From: Basidiobolus meristosporus CBS 931.73
Lineage: Eukaryota > Fungi > Basidiobolomycota
Length of the DNA: 64,000 nt
Direction: 5' to 3'
NCBI GenBank assembly: GCA_002104905.1
Contig: MCFE01000062.1
Span: forward strand, 128,484 to 192,483
Below, in pieces: positions 48,522-59,668 of the stretch. How positions within the stretch are numbered: the stretch's first letter is position 1; the number at the start of each line of letters is the position of its first letter. The notes beneath the pieces are model-generated. The model was given only the letters and a program-made list of their open reading frames with translations. It ran no database searches and was not told where the DNA came from. A program made the translations under genes and the position numbers.

Positions 48522-50290
48522 ATGTTCAGATCTGCCGCTCGCACTACTTTCGCTAACGTAAAGAACTTAACCAAAGTTAATCAACTCCGCACACTAGCAT
48601 CTCTCTCTCCCTTCCGACAGACTGGTGTTTGCCAAAATGCTCAGGTATTGTTCTCTGTGGGATGCTCAGAGCTCTCATTTCCCAAATTTAACCATCCGTT
48701 CCCTTTGATCCGCAGCCTGTGTCGCCTAGCCATTGGGAGAATGTTCACCCGGATAGCCAGTTCATCGTCACTCCCCAGAATGGCTTCCTACCCCGCGAAG
48801 ATCCACTAGTCAAACTCCCCTCGGAGTTCAAGGTGCTGGAAAGCCTCTTGGATAGGATGCCTTTGAAACTTCCTGATGGCTCTAATGGGCTTCTCTGGAA
48901 AGGAGAGTTGGGACAAGCCGTTACCAACGAGCTCCCCTTGTATGATGTTGATCACATTCAAGATAACCAGTTGCTTTCAGGTGAGTCCATTAGCATGCGT
49001 TCACCTTGATACAAAAGGGACTAACCTCCACCCTCACCCACTAGCACTCTATCGCGATTACACCTTCCTGGCCAGTGCTTATCTTCTAGAGCCATGTGAC
49101 ATCAACTTCAGAACCACTGGAGACTACGGTCTAGCTAGAGATGTCCTCCCAAAGAATATCGCCATCCCCCTAGCCAAGGTATCGGAGAAAATTGGTGCAA
49201 AACCATTCATGGAATATGCGATGTCATACAGGTAATCCGCCTAACCAAATCCAATCTACATCCGCCTCTAATCCCCTTAATTTCATGTTGAATCTCGTGA
49301 ATCAGTTTGTACAACTACCAACGGATTGACAAATCAAAACCAGCCGATTACCCGAATCTCAACCTTGTTCGTGGATTTGCAGGAGCAAAATCCGAGCATG
49401 GATTCATTCTAGTTCATGTGGCAATGGTTGCCCATTCCGGAAAGGTTGTCGATGCCGCTTTACGTACTCTCGATGCTGCTCGACAAGGAGATCGGGCCGA
49501 GTTTAACAAGCAACTCTCCGTCTTCCGCGAGGTGTTCGCCAAAATCAATCAAGTAATGGAAACCATGTGGTCACGCTCCGAGCCCGCAGATTATCCTCAC
49601 TTCCGAACATTCATCATGGGCTCGAAGAGTCAGCCAATGTTCCCTAACGGAATCCTCTACGAAGGGGTTTCCAGCAAGCCCCTATACTTCCGTGGTGAAA
49701 GTGGAGCCAATGATAGCATGATTCCACTTGCCGACAACCTTTTGGAGCTGACCTCCAAGATGCCAACAAACCCTCTAACTGAAGTCCTACGCGACTTCCG
49801 CAGTTATCGACCAGTGAATCATAATCGCTTCTTGAAATTTGTTGAAGACAAGGCTAGGGATGTGGGTGTTCGTCAGTTTGCCGAAGAGGATGGCAACTCT
49901 GCTGGTATGTATGCTCATTATCATGGGTTAATCACTAGTCTCACTCAATGTTGGATAGCTATCTATTTGCAGGTAATGGATCAAGTGCGTGACTTCCGGC
50001 ACCGCCACTGGATGTTCACCAAGGAATATATCCTCAAGCGCATGAAGCACCCAGTTGCCACCGGTGGCTCTCCTATCGTTACTTGGTTACCTAATCAGCT
50101 CGGCGCCGTTCTCGACTCGCTGGTCAATACGGCAGGCAAAGCACTCACCAAATCCGAGATTACCCCGGCAAATCGTACAATTATTGAAGAGATTTTGCGC
50201 AAGGCGGATGCAGAGAGACGAATCCTCACTCGGGAGGTGAGCTATCTGGTGGAGGAGCGTGGTGCTAAGGCAGCTGAAGTAGAAGTTTAA
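48522..50290 (+). CDS. IDO: Indoleamine 2,3-dioxygenase, IDO-gamma / bacterial-like subgroup, 5 exons
   Basis: Spliced product has F.V...NGFLP..DPL, ALYRDYTFLASAYLLEP, PFMEYAMSY(S)LYNY, SEHGFILVHVAM, RTFIMG, YFRGESGANDSMIPL, FRSYRP, heme-ligand region VRDFRHRHW and ATGGSPI..WL. Introns include an in-frame 54-nt one at 49905-49958. Confidence 0.93.
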
Positions 50291-50805
50291 ATACCCCATC
50301 TTTGTATAATTTTGTCAAGGTGCCTTGAATCTCCCATCCTGTGGGACACCTATGATAACAATATGGATTCTGGATTGCACCTTCATCCCACGATAACCCC
50401 CCCCCCTCATTCTTCACGAATAACCCTTTTGACTTCGCTTTGCATCCAATAAATCGGAGTACAATACTCAATCTCGATTATTTACGATTTCCGAAGTCGG
50501 GTTGAAGACAAGTTTATCGACGATGCCTTTGGTGCGCGCCATTGAACTGAATTGGTACACATAGCATCATGATGGTTACGGCGCTTGCATGGATCTCATT
50601 CACACAAGTGAGCAAATCTTTGAATTGATACCTCAGCACTACTAAATCCTCGGACTCCTCCAGTACCCCTGGCAAAAAGTCCAATTGCAACTGTTGCTTC
50701 ACAATGTCGTTAAGCGGCCAGAAGCATTTGATTGATTGAAGTCACTAATCAAATGACCATTTCTACCATGAAACAGAGTAGCATTGTACGGGAGTGAGAG
50801 TTTCT

Positions 50806-51300
50806 CTAGTCTGTTGAAAACCTTCCGATTAGTTGAAACCCGTTCCTAGAACTGTCTTGGTGTTGAATTTGAAATATATCCGATGCATATTGGTAAGCAG
50901 ATCGATATTTCCCATCATCTGCATAGTGCAGGATGATTCTGGCACGACGATGATCATGCTTCTTCATTATCTCGTCAATCAAGGTTCCGCCCACTCTGCA
51001 GTTAGGAGGCGACATGGGTTTTTTTGCCTTCTATATGTTGGCTGGAACCCATGTCACGTACATATACTGCTTGACAACATGAAGCCCATTTAATGAGGTT
51101 TCACACACTGGCGAATAGATCAGATACCAGGCGGGGTATTGGTGGAGATACTTACTCTTAGCGCTCGGACAATGAATGAAGACACGGGATTTCATAGATG
51201 ACCTTTGAGGTTCAGGTTGTTGCATTGATGGTCGTTTTTTTCGGCTGGGGTGCTTGTGTGGCTGATAGTCTTGTGTGTTCAACAAGCTAAAGGTTGCCAT
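50806..51300 (-). CDS. Candidate small 3-exon hypothetical protein (~125 aa)
   Basis: MATFSLL..KSRVFIHCPSAK|MCETSLNGLHVVK|QVGGTLIDEIMKKHDHRRARIILHYADDGKY..; GTAAGT..CAG and GTATAT..CTAACTGCAG introns are phase-consistent. Function unknown. Confidence 0.4.
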
Positions 51301-51336
51301 ATTGGTTCAGAGATCGACCACAGCCGAGGATGGGCG

Positions 51337-51494
51337 CATCTGAGATAAAGATTGAACCTCCGATTTACGCCATAGAACCATCATTTGCTAAACATCTGAT
51401 GGAGCCACCTTAATATCAGAAGGGGTTACCAATTCAGATGCAAATATGCCAGTTTTGTGGGATATATCGAAGGTTCTAATCTTTATCTCAGATG
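51337..51494. repeat. 158-bp fold-back with 28/29-bp terminal inverted repeats and an inner CATCTGA/TCAGATG pair
   Basis: CATCTGAGATAAAGATTGAACCTCCGAT (51337-51364) vs ATCGAAGGTTCTAATCTTTATCTCAGATG (51466-51494): one indel, one mismatch. Confidence 0.8.
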
Positions 51495-51591
51495 TACACA
51501 TTCTTGCTTGTAGCTGATCCTTTTGCACACTTCAAGCATCGACTAAACACTCAGTGATTCAGTATTACCAAGCTCAGCCTAAGATATATAT

Positions 51592-51935
51592 TTTGTAAAT
51601 TTCTTATTTACCCCTAGATATTCCATTAACTTTGCCACTTGGATCATAGCTTATGAACCTTGTCGTTTCTTGCCCGAGTTGTTTATCGGGATTTGCCTCA
51701 AATATTCTCACCAAAATGTCAAGTACCCAGAGCATGAGAGTTTTCGTGGCGGTCCAAAAGTCCCCGAAATTTGCATACATGCTCTTGGAACACTCCTAAA
51801 CATATTGTACGTGGCTTTAGTGCCAAGAATACATAAAAGCATAATACCACTTTCCATTCCATAAGTCATTAAGTGCAAACCACATTATCCACTTGTTCTC
51901 CCAATCACTTCCAATATCTCCAAGACCCTCACAAA
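51592..51935 (+). repeat. Diverged solo Copia LTR that retains CpG dinucleotides
   Basis: Matches the LTR family (AAGTACCCAG.ACATGA, GTCCAAA..CCCC.AA.TTTGCA, CCAATCACTTCCAATATCTCCAAGAC). Boundaries approximate. Confidence 0.75.
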
Positions 51936-52479
51936 AATATAAGCATTGATAGTACTTGGTAGACTGAAAAGTGTGGAGCTTCTCCTTGCTCATTTCCCCA
52001 AGGTGCCACTTCATTTTCCTTGTTATTTATTATATGATTAATATTTGTGACAGTAAACAACCAAAGACTTCAGAGGTTCACATGGAGTAAGCCCAGTCAT
52101 CAGCAGATGCCAAAAGGCCCAAACTGTGTACACTATATCTTCTGGAACTTTTCTCAAAGCATTTTTTTCACTAGTTTTGCAAAGCTTCCCTAAGAGTACA
52201 GGTACTTAATTTGAGCTCCACAAGTGATTACCATGCAATTCTTCCAGTTTTCCAAATCACTTCCAATACTCCCAAGAATCTTGCAACAATATCAAGGTTT
52301 ATTAGTATTTCTGGGCCATGGCTCAGAAAAAGCTATTCATAGATTGAAGAACCATAATATATTGAACATATAAAAACCACTTATCATTTAGCAACTTTAA
52401 TACAATATAGTAATGCACCAAAATAAACTGATGAAACATCTTCATATTTGGATCCCCTTCATAACTATGGCTTAACTTA

Positions 52480-53380
52480 GAGGAGTGAAGTTAAGTGAAG
52501 GGAGGCTTTCATAGATGGTAAGTGATAGAACTGAGGATCTGACTTTAGATTACATACATGGAAGGCTCCTGGATCAAGAATTAATAAAATCAAGTGCCAA
52601 TAAGCAAGAAGAAAATGCTTTAATAAGTAATGATAACCATCAAAGGAGGTACTCAAGACCCTTTAAATGTAGCTAGTTGAATGGCAGGGTTGTAAATATT
52701 GTAATTACACCCAATTCACCTCACTTGATCACCTAGATCAATGTCTATAAATATTAGATAGCTCTGGCCAAACTCCTAACTGGGATTTGCTTTGCAATTT
52801 TTCACAGTCCAGGTACTTAATATATAGGTGAAAACTTTCTGAGTTGTCCAAACAGTCCTAAACTTTGCCTACATTTTGTTGTGACCTTCCTAAATATGTT
52901 CTACATGTTTGTCTTGCTATGACTATGTAATAGTATAAAAACTACTTTACATTCAATCAATTGTTAAGTGAGAACCATATCATCTGCTGTAAGAGTCCTA
53001 GAGATATTGTAAGTGGTTGGGAGAACAAGTGGACTATGTGGCTTTCACTTAATGATTTATTGAATGTAAAAGTAGTATATGTACTTTTACATGTTCTTGG
53101 CATAATAAACATGTAGAGCATATTTAGGAAGATCCCAATAACATGTTTGCAAGTTTGAGGCTGTTTGGACAATTTATTAAATTTTCATATTCTGGGCACC
53201 TGATGTTTTGGTGAAAATATTCTAAGTAAATCCCCAAAAGGAATTTGATCAGTATTCTCAAAAATATGTAGGTAATGATCCAAGTGACTAAGTTAGGTGA
53301 ATATTTAGGTGGAGTTCCGAATTTTAAAACATAATCTATTTGTAAGAGTTTTGGAGATATTGGAAGTGATAAGGAGAACA
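52480..53380. mobile_element. Copia debris: + strand gag fragment, truncated + LTR (~52690-52975), - LTR 52985-53331 and an LTR fragment
   Basis: TEDLTLDYIHGRLLDQELIKSSANKQEENALI matches gag of copies 1-3; LTR sequence present in both orientations. Confidence 0.8.
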
Positions 53381-53689
53381 ACACATATCAGCTCAAAGAT
53401 TGCATCATGGTGAGGCACCTATGACAATGCACAACGTAGGGGTGGATGGCCAGCTTTAAAGATCTCTAGTATGTCCAATAGCATGATAATGATGATGACA
53501 GGGATTCCAATGTAACCGTAGATAAAATAACAGACATGGTTGGTATGGCTTTGACAGTATGAATGGTAAGAGACATTATCCCTGTAGTATATATAGTGAT
53601 CAGCATATAATAAATTGCTCAAAGATATATTATGGGCATATAGACTTTGTTGCATCTTCCCAAGAGCTCCCAAAATACAACCCCACCAT

Positions 53690-53970
53690 ACCCTAAGAAA
53701 AAAATTAGACAAGGCCAGCAGAATACCATCATCATATCTGCTGAATTCCAACTTTGCCAAAAGTGACAACTCTCAGTATCTCAAGTACTAGCTTCACAGT
53801 AGACAAGCAGACATCCTTTCCAGGGGGAGACTGGGCCAACTAGCATTCATACCAGATTTGGTGATCAACAGCTCCTTACTTCCACCAACAATTGCAACTG
53901 AAAATTTGCAGCAGAAACATCAGCTGAATACCAGCAAAAAATCCAATGAATTCCAACTTTGATATTTTTG
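53690..53970 (+). repeat. Dispersed copy of 10900-11170 (flank of the CACTA-like element)
   Basis: AAGGCCAGCA.AATACCATCAT.ATAT..GCTGAATTC..CAACTCT.AGTATCTC..GGAGACT.GGC.AACTAGCAT..CAGCTGAATACC shared. Confidence 0.75.
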
Positions 53971-55158
53971 ATAGTGATTGTTCCTAAAGGTGGCCAAAAG
54001 GACTGGTACCCTAAAACATCAAAACAATGCACACTGGCGAGGGGTAGTGGGGTTCACAACACAGTGGAACTTAGGTATGGTCTGGTTTGATAGAGGGCAA
54101 CATGCCGAAGCAAGTGGAAAAGGCAACTCGAACGGGATTTACAATGGCTCTGGGATAGGATATAATTAGGATAATGTTATGTAGTACTCCAATAGTGATA
54201 ATACTCAATCTTGACTCCCAATGAGCGCAGTAGTCGGCAACTCACACGCTTCAAATCTACCATCATATGTTCATCAACTTATCGAATTCCATTTTGTTTC
54301 TTTGTATACTCAATATCAGATCAATCCACAGACAATGATCTCCTTCCAGAGAATCCCCAAAGTTGCATCGTACACAGTAATAAGTAGTAAACATATCATG
54401 GGCAATAGTGGAGCTGTTGTATGTCCAGATAGAAACTTCCGAGTATTTAAACTTGATAAAGATGGTAACGTGAACAAACAACGTAGAGCCTAGCTTAATG
54501 GAGGCATTCCAAGTCCCAACCAAGCATAAAGTTCGTTACTAGTTACTTACGTGCATATAGAGATGATGGACTATTGAGCCACCAAACAGCAACTCAAGGT
54601 CATCCAAGATTCTGAAACACATGACCTCGGGAGCTCCACTATCACAAAGGATCACCTGAACATCCGGTTGGAACATGTCCGCATTCGATCACCAAAAGCA
54701 ATGTATCGCTGAGCCGGAAAGGAAACTGCTAAGCTATGTGATGATGACACAAATGGGGATCACCGAGATGCGTCAAGAAGATGCCAAACCCTCCCCCGAA
54801 GTTCAGCTGCCAATTAAACATAATCCCTACCTACAATGGTAAATCTTGATGATACCGATGATATCAGTAATCCAAAGAGAACTCTCAGCTCCATTGGTAT
54901 GATTCTCATTGGACGCTATTAGAAGGACCGTGTCACTCCCCATTCTCTGTTACAGGACATGTGGGAATGTATTTGGCAGATCTGGAACAACTGGAAGACG
55001 GAAAGATTTTATTCAAATCTGATGCTGTGTATATGGGGGAGAGTCGAGTAAAGTTGTAGTAATAAACATGCCAATAAAATTGTATTTAAATATGCTAATC
55101 CCTGCTGCGAAACCATTTTGCTGTGGTTATAATACATCGATCTTAATATTTCAGGATT

Positions 55159-56830
55159 CTAAAATATCAACACAAGGTAGCTGGTAAGCAAAGCGGTGAC
55201 CAAAACAGCGGCCGAGGCTGAGTGGGGCATGGCGTTAGAGTAACTAAATTCTGGACGTCCAGTAATTCTGGCAGTGGACAAAACAACCGCCACAGATCCA
55301 TCTTGGGTGGTGGTCATCGTAACGATTACATCTTTGATGACTTGGCCGTCGGACATGGTAGAGATGATGGAGCCAGGAATGCTTTGGAACGGTGTGGAGG
55401 TAGGCGTGGTAGTTCTGGTTGGGGAGGTTGTAGTTGGAACGCCTAAGTGATTGAAGAGACGTTAGAATAGCGCACTGCATAACATTTCGGTGTTTGGTGT
55501 AAGGAACGCTTACCAGTAGTGGATGTCTTTGAACCGCTACTGGTAGGTTGGGGTGTGAAAGATGAAATAGAAGTGGGAGAGCTTGTAGGAGGTCTGGAAT
55601 CGACCGAACTTGCGTGATCAGAGGATGTTGTTTGGGAAGATGAGGGGCTAGTTGGATGTGGGGGTTCTTCAGAGGTAGGGATAGCTGTAGAGGAAGGTGA
55701 AAGTGTAGAAATGTCAGTGCTAGGCTCTACTGAAGAATCATTTGTGGTAGAAATAGTAGTATGTGTAGGTGATGGAGTCGAAAAAGACTCCGCAGATGTA
55801 GTGGTTGGATCTGAAGCACTAGTAGAGGGTGAAGTGAAGGTATGGGTTGTAGTATGAGAAGTATCCGGTAATTCTGAAGTATCTAGGGTAGAACTCGTAG
55901 GATCAGCAAGCATACGGTTTTTGAAGGTGGACAATTAAATGAAGACTAAGCAAGGTGCAATAAATACTAAAAGTATATCTAACAATAACGAAGGGAGAAG
56001 TGAAATGGATAAAGAATCAAACTTACTGGTTGGTTGTTCTGGAGTAGAGGTGGGTGTGCTTGGAATAGTGGTAGGTGGCTGGGGTGTAGTCGTCGGAGTA
56101 ACGGTCGGTTGGTCCGACGTGGTGGGCGGCTCTGATGTGGTAGTAGGTGGCTGTGGGGTAGTTGCGGGTGATTCTGGTGTGGTGGTTGGGGGTTCTGGCG
56201 TGGGTGTGGTAGTGGGCGGCTCCGGTGTAGTAGTGGGCGGCTCTGGTGTAGTGGTGGGCGGCTCTGGTGTAGTGGTGGGCGGCTCTGGTGTAGTGGTGGG
56301 CGGCTCTGGTGTGGTGGTGGGCGGCTCTGGTGTGGTGGTGGGCGGTTCTGGTGTGGTGGTTGGGGGTTCGGGCGTGGTGGTTGGGGGTTCGGGCGTAGGT
56401 GTGGTAGTGGGTGACTCCGATGTCGTGGTGGGTGGTTCTGAGGTAGTAGTGGGCGGCTCTGGCGTAGGTGTGATAGTGGGTGTCTCTGGTGTGGTTGTTG
56501 GCTCGTTTGATGTAGTTGTGGGTGGTTGTGGTGTGGTAGTCGGTTGTTCAGGTGTAGTGGTAGGCTCCTGTCGGGTTGGCTCTTCTGAAGGAGTTACAGT
56601 TGGTTGCTCCCTAGAAGTGGGCTGCTCAGAAGGTTGCTCTGGTGTAGGTGTAGACTCAGGTTGGGGGATACCTAAGGCTATAATTTAATTGGCTAGTATG
56701 CTACTGATATGCTTGAAACAAACTCACCGGTAGGGTCCTGGCGACGAACTAGCGCATGAGCACCTTGGGCTTTGAAATAGCCAAGGTAACTGAAAGTTAG
56801 TAGCAACAACAAGAAAGTGTGGTGCCTCAT
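55159..56830 (-). CDS. Secreted, probably GPI-anchored mucin-like Thr/Pro/Ser-rich surface protein, ~466 aa, 4 exons (56830-56728, 56671-56027, 55882-55514, 55442-55159)
   Basis: Signal peptide MRHHTFLLLLLTFSYLGYFKAQGAHA, then LVRR/QD (Kex2-like); 21-bp (T)PEPPTT(T) tandem repeats; S/T-rich exon 3; C-terminus YSNAMPHSASAAVLVTALLTSYLVLIF*. All introns phase 1; total 1401 nt. Confidence 0.88.
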
Positions 56831-58399
56831 GATGTACTTCTGTCAAATCTTTTCCAGCAAACACCCATCGGGTGGGCTTGGTGGGTTTTATATTGTGTGA
56901 AAAGATTGCGAAGAAACCTGATTTGGTTGAAAACAAACCTTATCAAGATTAAGTCATGGCATCATAAGAATCTCTCAACTCTATAAATAGATTGCGAATG
57001 GCATATTATATTTCTCAGCCCACGCCTGTATAATTCGCAAATCACTAAGCCTGTTACTGCACGATCTCTAGATATATCGTTTACTCCAGATTCAATATCC
57101 GCTACGTAACCAACCGGCAAATATCCTGCCCACCAACTATTCATCAAAGAAGTCATACCTGTAGTCATGCAAACATACTTACTTGGAAGGAGGAATTTTC
57201 CTTCGACCTATTCTCATGCCTTCAAACTCCTTTAAGCTATATTCGGTGAACTGGGTAATCTCGCCTCGCCGACCAATAACCGAGCAATCAGTATTTATTT
57301 ATACATATAATGCTGGTTTTAGTAAGGGAAACGCAAGATCACTTATATGCATAATTAAGTCCTGCCAATATCTGATTACCCAAGACATATTCGAATAGTT
57401 ATCAAGCCCAGATTCGGTATGGACAGACATCAATGGTGGGTATATGAAGTCATCGTATACGAGAGCTGTTCTCTCCTGCGGAAGTGGGAATCTGCGATAT
57501 TATTGATCAGTATTGTGTACCCAAGCTCTTCATAATGGAAGTATAGGCGATGTTGTGCACTATCTGACGCCATCCTATATTGCACTCGTGCAAAACAATG
57601 GATGATTCTGAAGGGCGGTCTGTGATGGGCAGATTGTGGCGATGTCTGATGAAAGCACCTTCAGAATCCCATGAATCCTTTTTGGGGTGGAATCCGAAGA
57701 TGGTCATTTTAAGGAAATTTAAAGTTCCATTCTGATTGAATATCAACATATACGCCATGTTTTCCATGAGTGGAAGTTACTAGTCCAAGACCAATCCCTA
57801 ATTTAAGCGCCAATAGGATGCAAATTAGTCACCTTTCTTCCTCAAGTTTTCCCAATCATCCAGCCCATTTTTGATGCTTTCGGTATTTTCATGAGCCATT
57901 TTAAGAAAGTTTGGTCACTTGAAATGGAAAAGAATGTGGGATTAGCCGAGGCATCCGTACACACGATCATTCGGCGTTATCTTCCACTCCAAAGCCAGGT
58001 ATCAATTGGCTACATCCATGTAATATTAAGCTTATATATATGACTACTCTTGGCTTATCATTGAGCATTGGATCATGCCAGGAATGTTCGCTTATATTGA
58101 ATCCAACACGGGTTTTTTCTGTCATTGAGTTTTGGTTTGTCCAATTCCGACTTCCGGTCTTGGCGCTTGTGGGTGAGGTGTGCAGCTTGATATCTCCACT
58201 TATCAAATATTCACCCACTGATGGCAAAGGCTAGTGAAAACATGTAATTTTATTAGTTGAGCGAGCATCATTGCTGATTTGATTGTTGCCGACACAAACA
58301 CATTGCCTATTGCTCCTGCAGCTTACCATCCATAGTCTTCGTGACCCTCAGGAGGACAAGGTGATTAGATGATGTGTGACTTAGAGAGGCTTGGGGCCA

Positions 58400-59190
58400 T
58401 TGATCTTCAGGGTTGGATTCAAACAAAATGCCGAGCCAAGATCCCAGAATCCTATTGGTCGGGGTACCGAGCAAAATTTCCAAATCGCTGAGTGCATCGA
58501 GTTGGCTCGCAGTATGGCTCAGCCTCTAGAAGCTCAGAGATGGAAGATGACGAAATGCAGATGCTGCTAAGGCAACAGCGCTGGGACGAGAGATCCTGTT
58601 CTGACCTGACTGTCGTGAGGTTTGGTTGGCTCTGGATCGAGTAGGCCATTTCTGATTTTAAGGTGGGAAATTGGTTATTGACTGAGCATCACACGCTAAG
58701 TAATTTCGCTAAGCCATTTGCGGTGGTCATATACAAAGTGTAGACATTTGACAGGAGCTGAAGGTTGGCGTGTTTCTTTGTTTCGTTGGCCCATCTCATG
58801 TAGGAAAGAGTGGAGTGTTTCATGTTCAGGGCGTTGTGAAGATATACTGGATGCCTCACATAGCGCCAGGACACGATATAAATCGGTAGTCACATCAGAT
58901 ACCAAGCAGTTCTTAATATGGTAGCCCGGAAACATTTCAGAAACTGCCAACAATAATAATCTATTGCTGATCTCAGCCTCATCAATGAGCTATACAGGCC
59001 TAGGACCATTATGATAACTATGTATATTCTCATCGGAAACGAAGCCTGGATCAAAATGCGTTTCTAGTTTGTGATCTCTTACAACCTCGAGTTGAATCTT
59101 TTTTGTGTACAGAATGTGGTTGTTTTGCACCGTGCAATGATAATGATCCTTCTGATAGATATTGTGTCAAGGTTGCGGGTCACCGTTCAG
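58400..59190 (-). pseudogene. Unassigned pseudogene fragment
   Basis: About 160 codons nearly open (HILYTKKIQLEVVRDHKLETHFDPGFVSDENIHSYHNGPRPV*LIDEAEISNRLLLLAVSEMFPG..HFVYDHRKWLSEIT*) with isolated TAG stops. Confidence 0.4.
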
Positions 59191-59668
59191 AATAATGTTG
59201 ATATTCCATGGGGCACGATTCGGTTGCGCTTAACAATCTATCAGAATCCAAGATGCCATCTCCCAACACTGTCCAACATGTGAACTCGGTGTAAATAAAT
59301 AGCTAGAAAGTACTTACGCCTCAAGTTATCTACATATATAGGCAATGTAGATGTATCGAAGACAAAGGCCACATGAACTTGATTTGGATAGATGTAAGGC
59401 TAATCATATTTAATGATGCATGTGTGGCCATCCAATAGTTGATACATTAAATTTGAAAGCAAGGGAAATTTTGGCTTTATGGCCTCGTATAGTGCGCGTT
59501 CATTCTGTATTGTAACGTATCAGCTATTCGTTTAGTGTTAGATTAAATGCTGCACAGTAAGTAAAACAAGTATTCTCCAGAGAGCCTGAAGACAGTGAAT
59601 TTATATTTTGATGTTCAAAAAAAATCCAATACGAAATGTGATCTTGGAGATTCTCCGGTGGACTCTAT

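Noticed and set aside
55939-56688. 249-aa + strand ORF of VVVGGSG repeats
   Set aside because: It is the antisense mirror of the PEPPTTT exon of the - strand mucin gene, which has a signal peptide, consistent splice sites and a GPI tail.
56975-57130. Protein-kinase-like fragment (YK*IANGILYF..NIL) on the + strand
   Set aside because: No HRD or DFG motif, and multiple stops; the resemblance is too weak.
14330-59190. Reassigned stop codon (alternative genetic code) as an explanation for in-frame stops in gene-like blocks
   Set aside because: Intact genes here end in all three stops (VPS60 and DAACS TGA, IDO and GLO2 TAA, mucin and F-box TAG) and have no internal stops; the broken blocks contain all three stop types plus frame changes.
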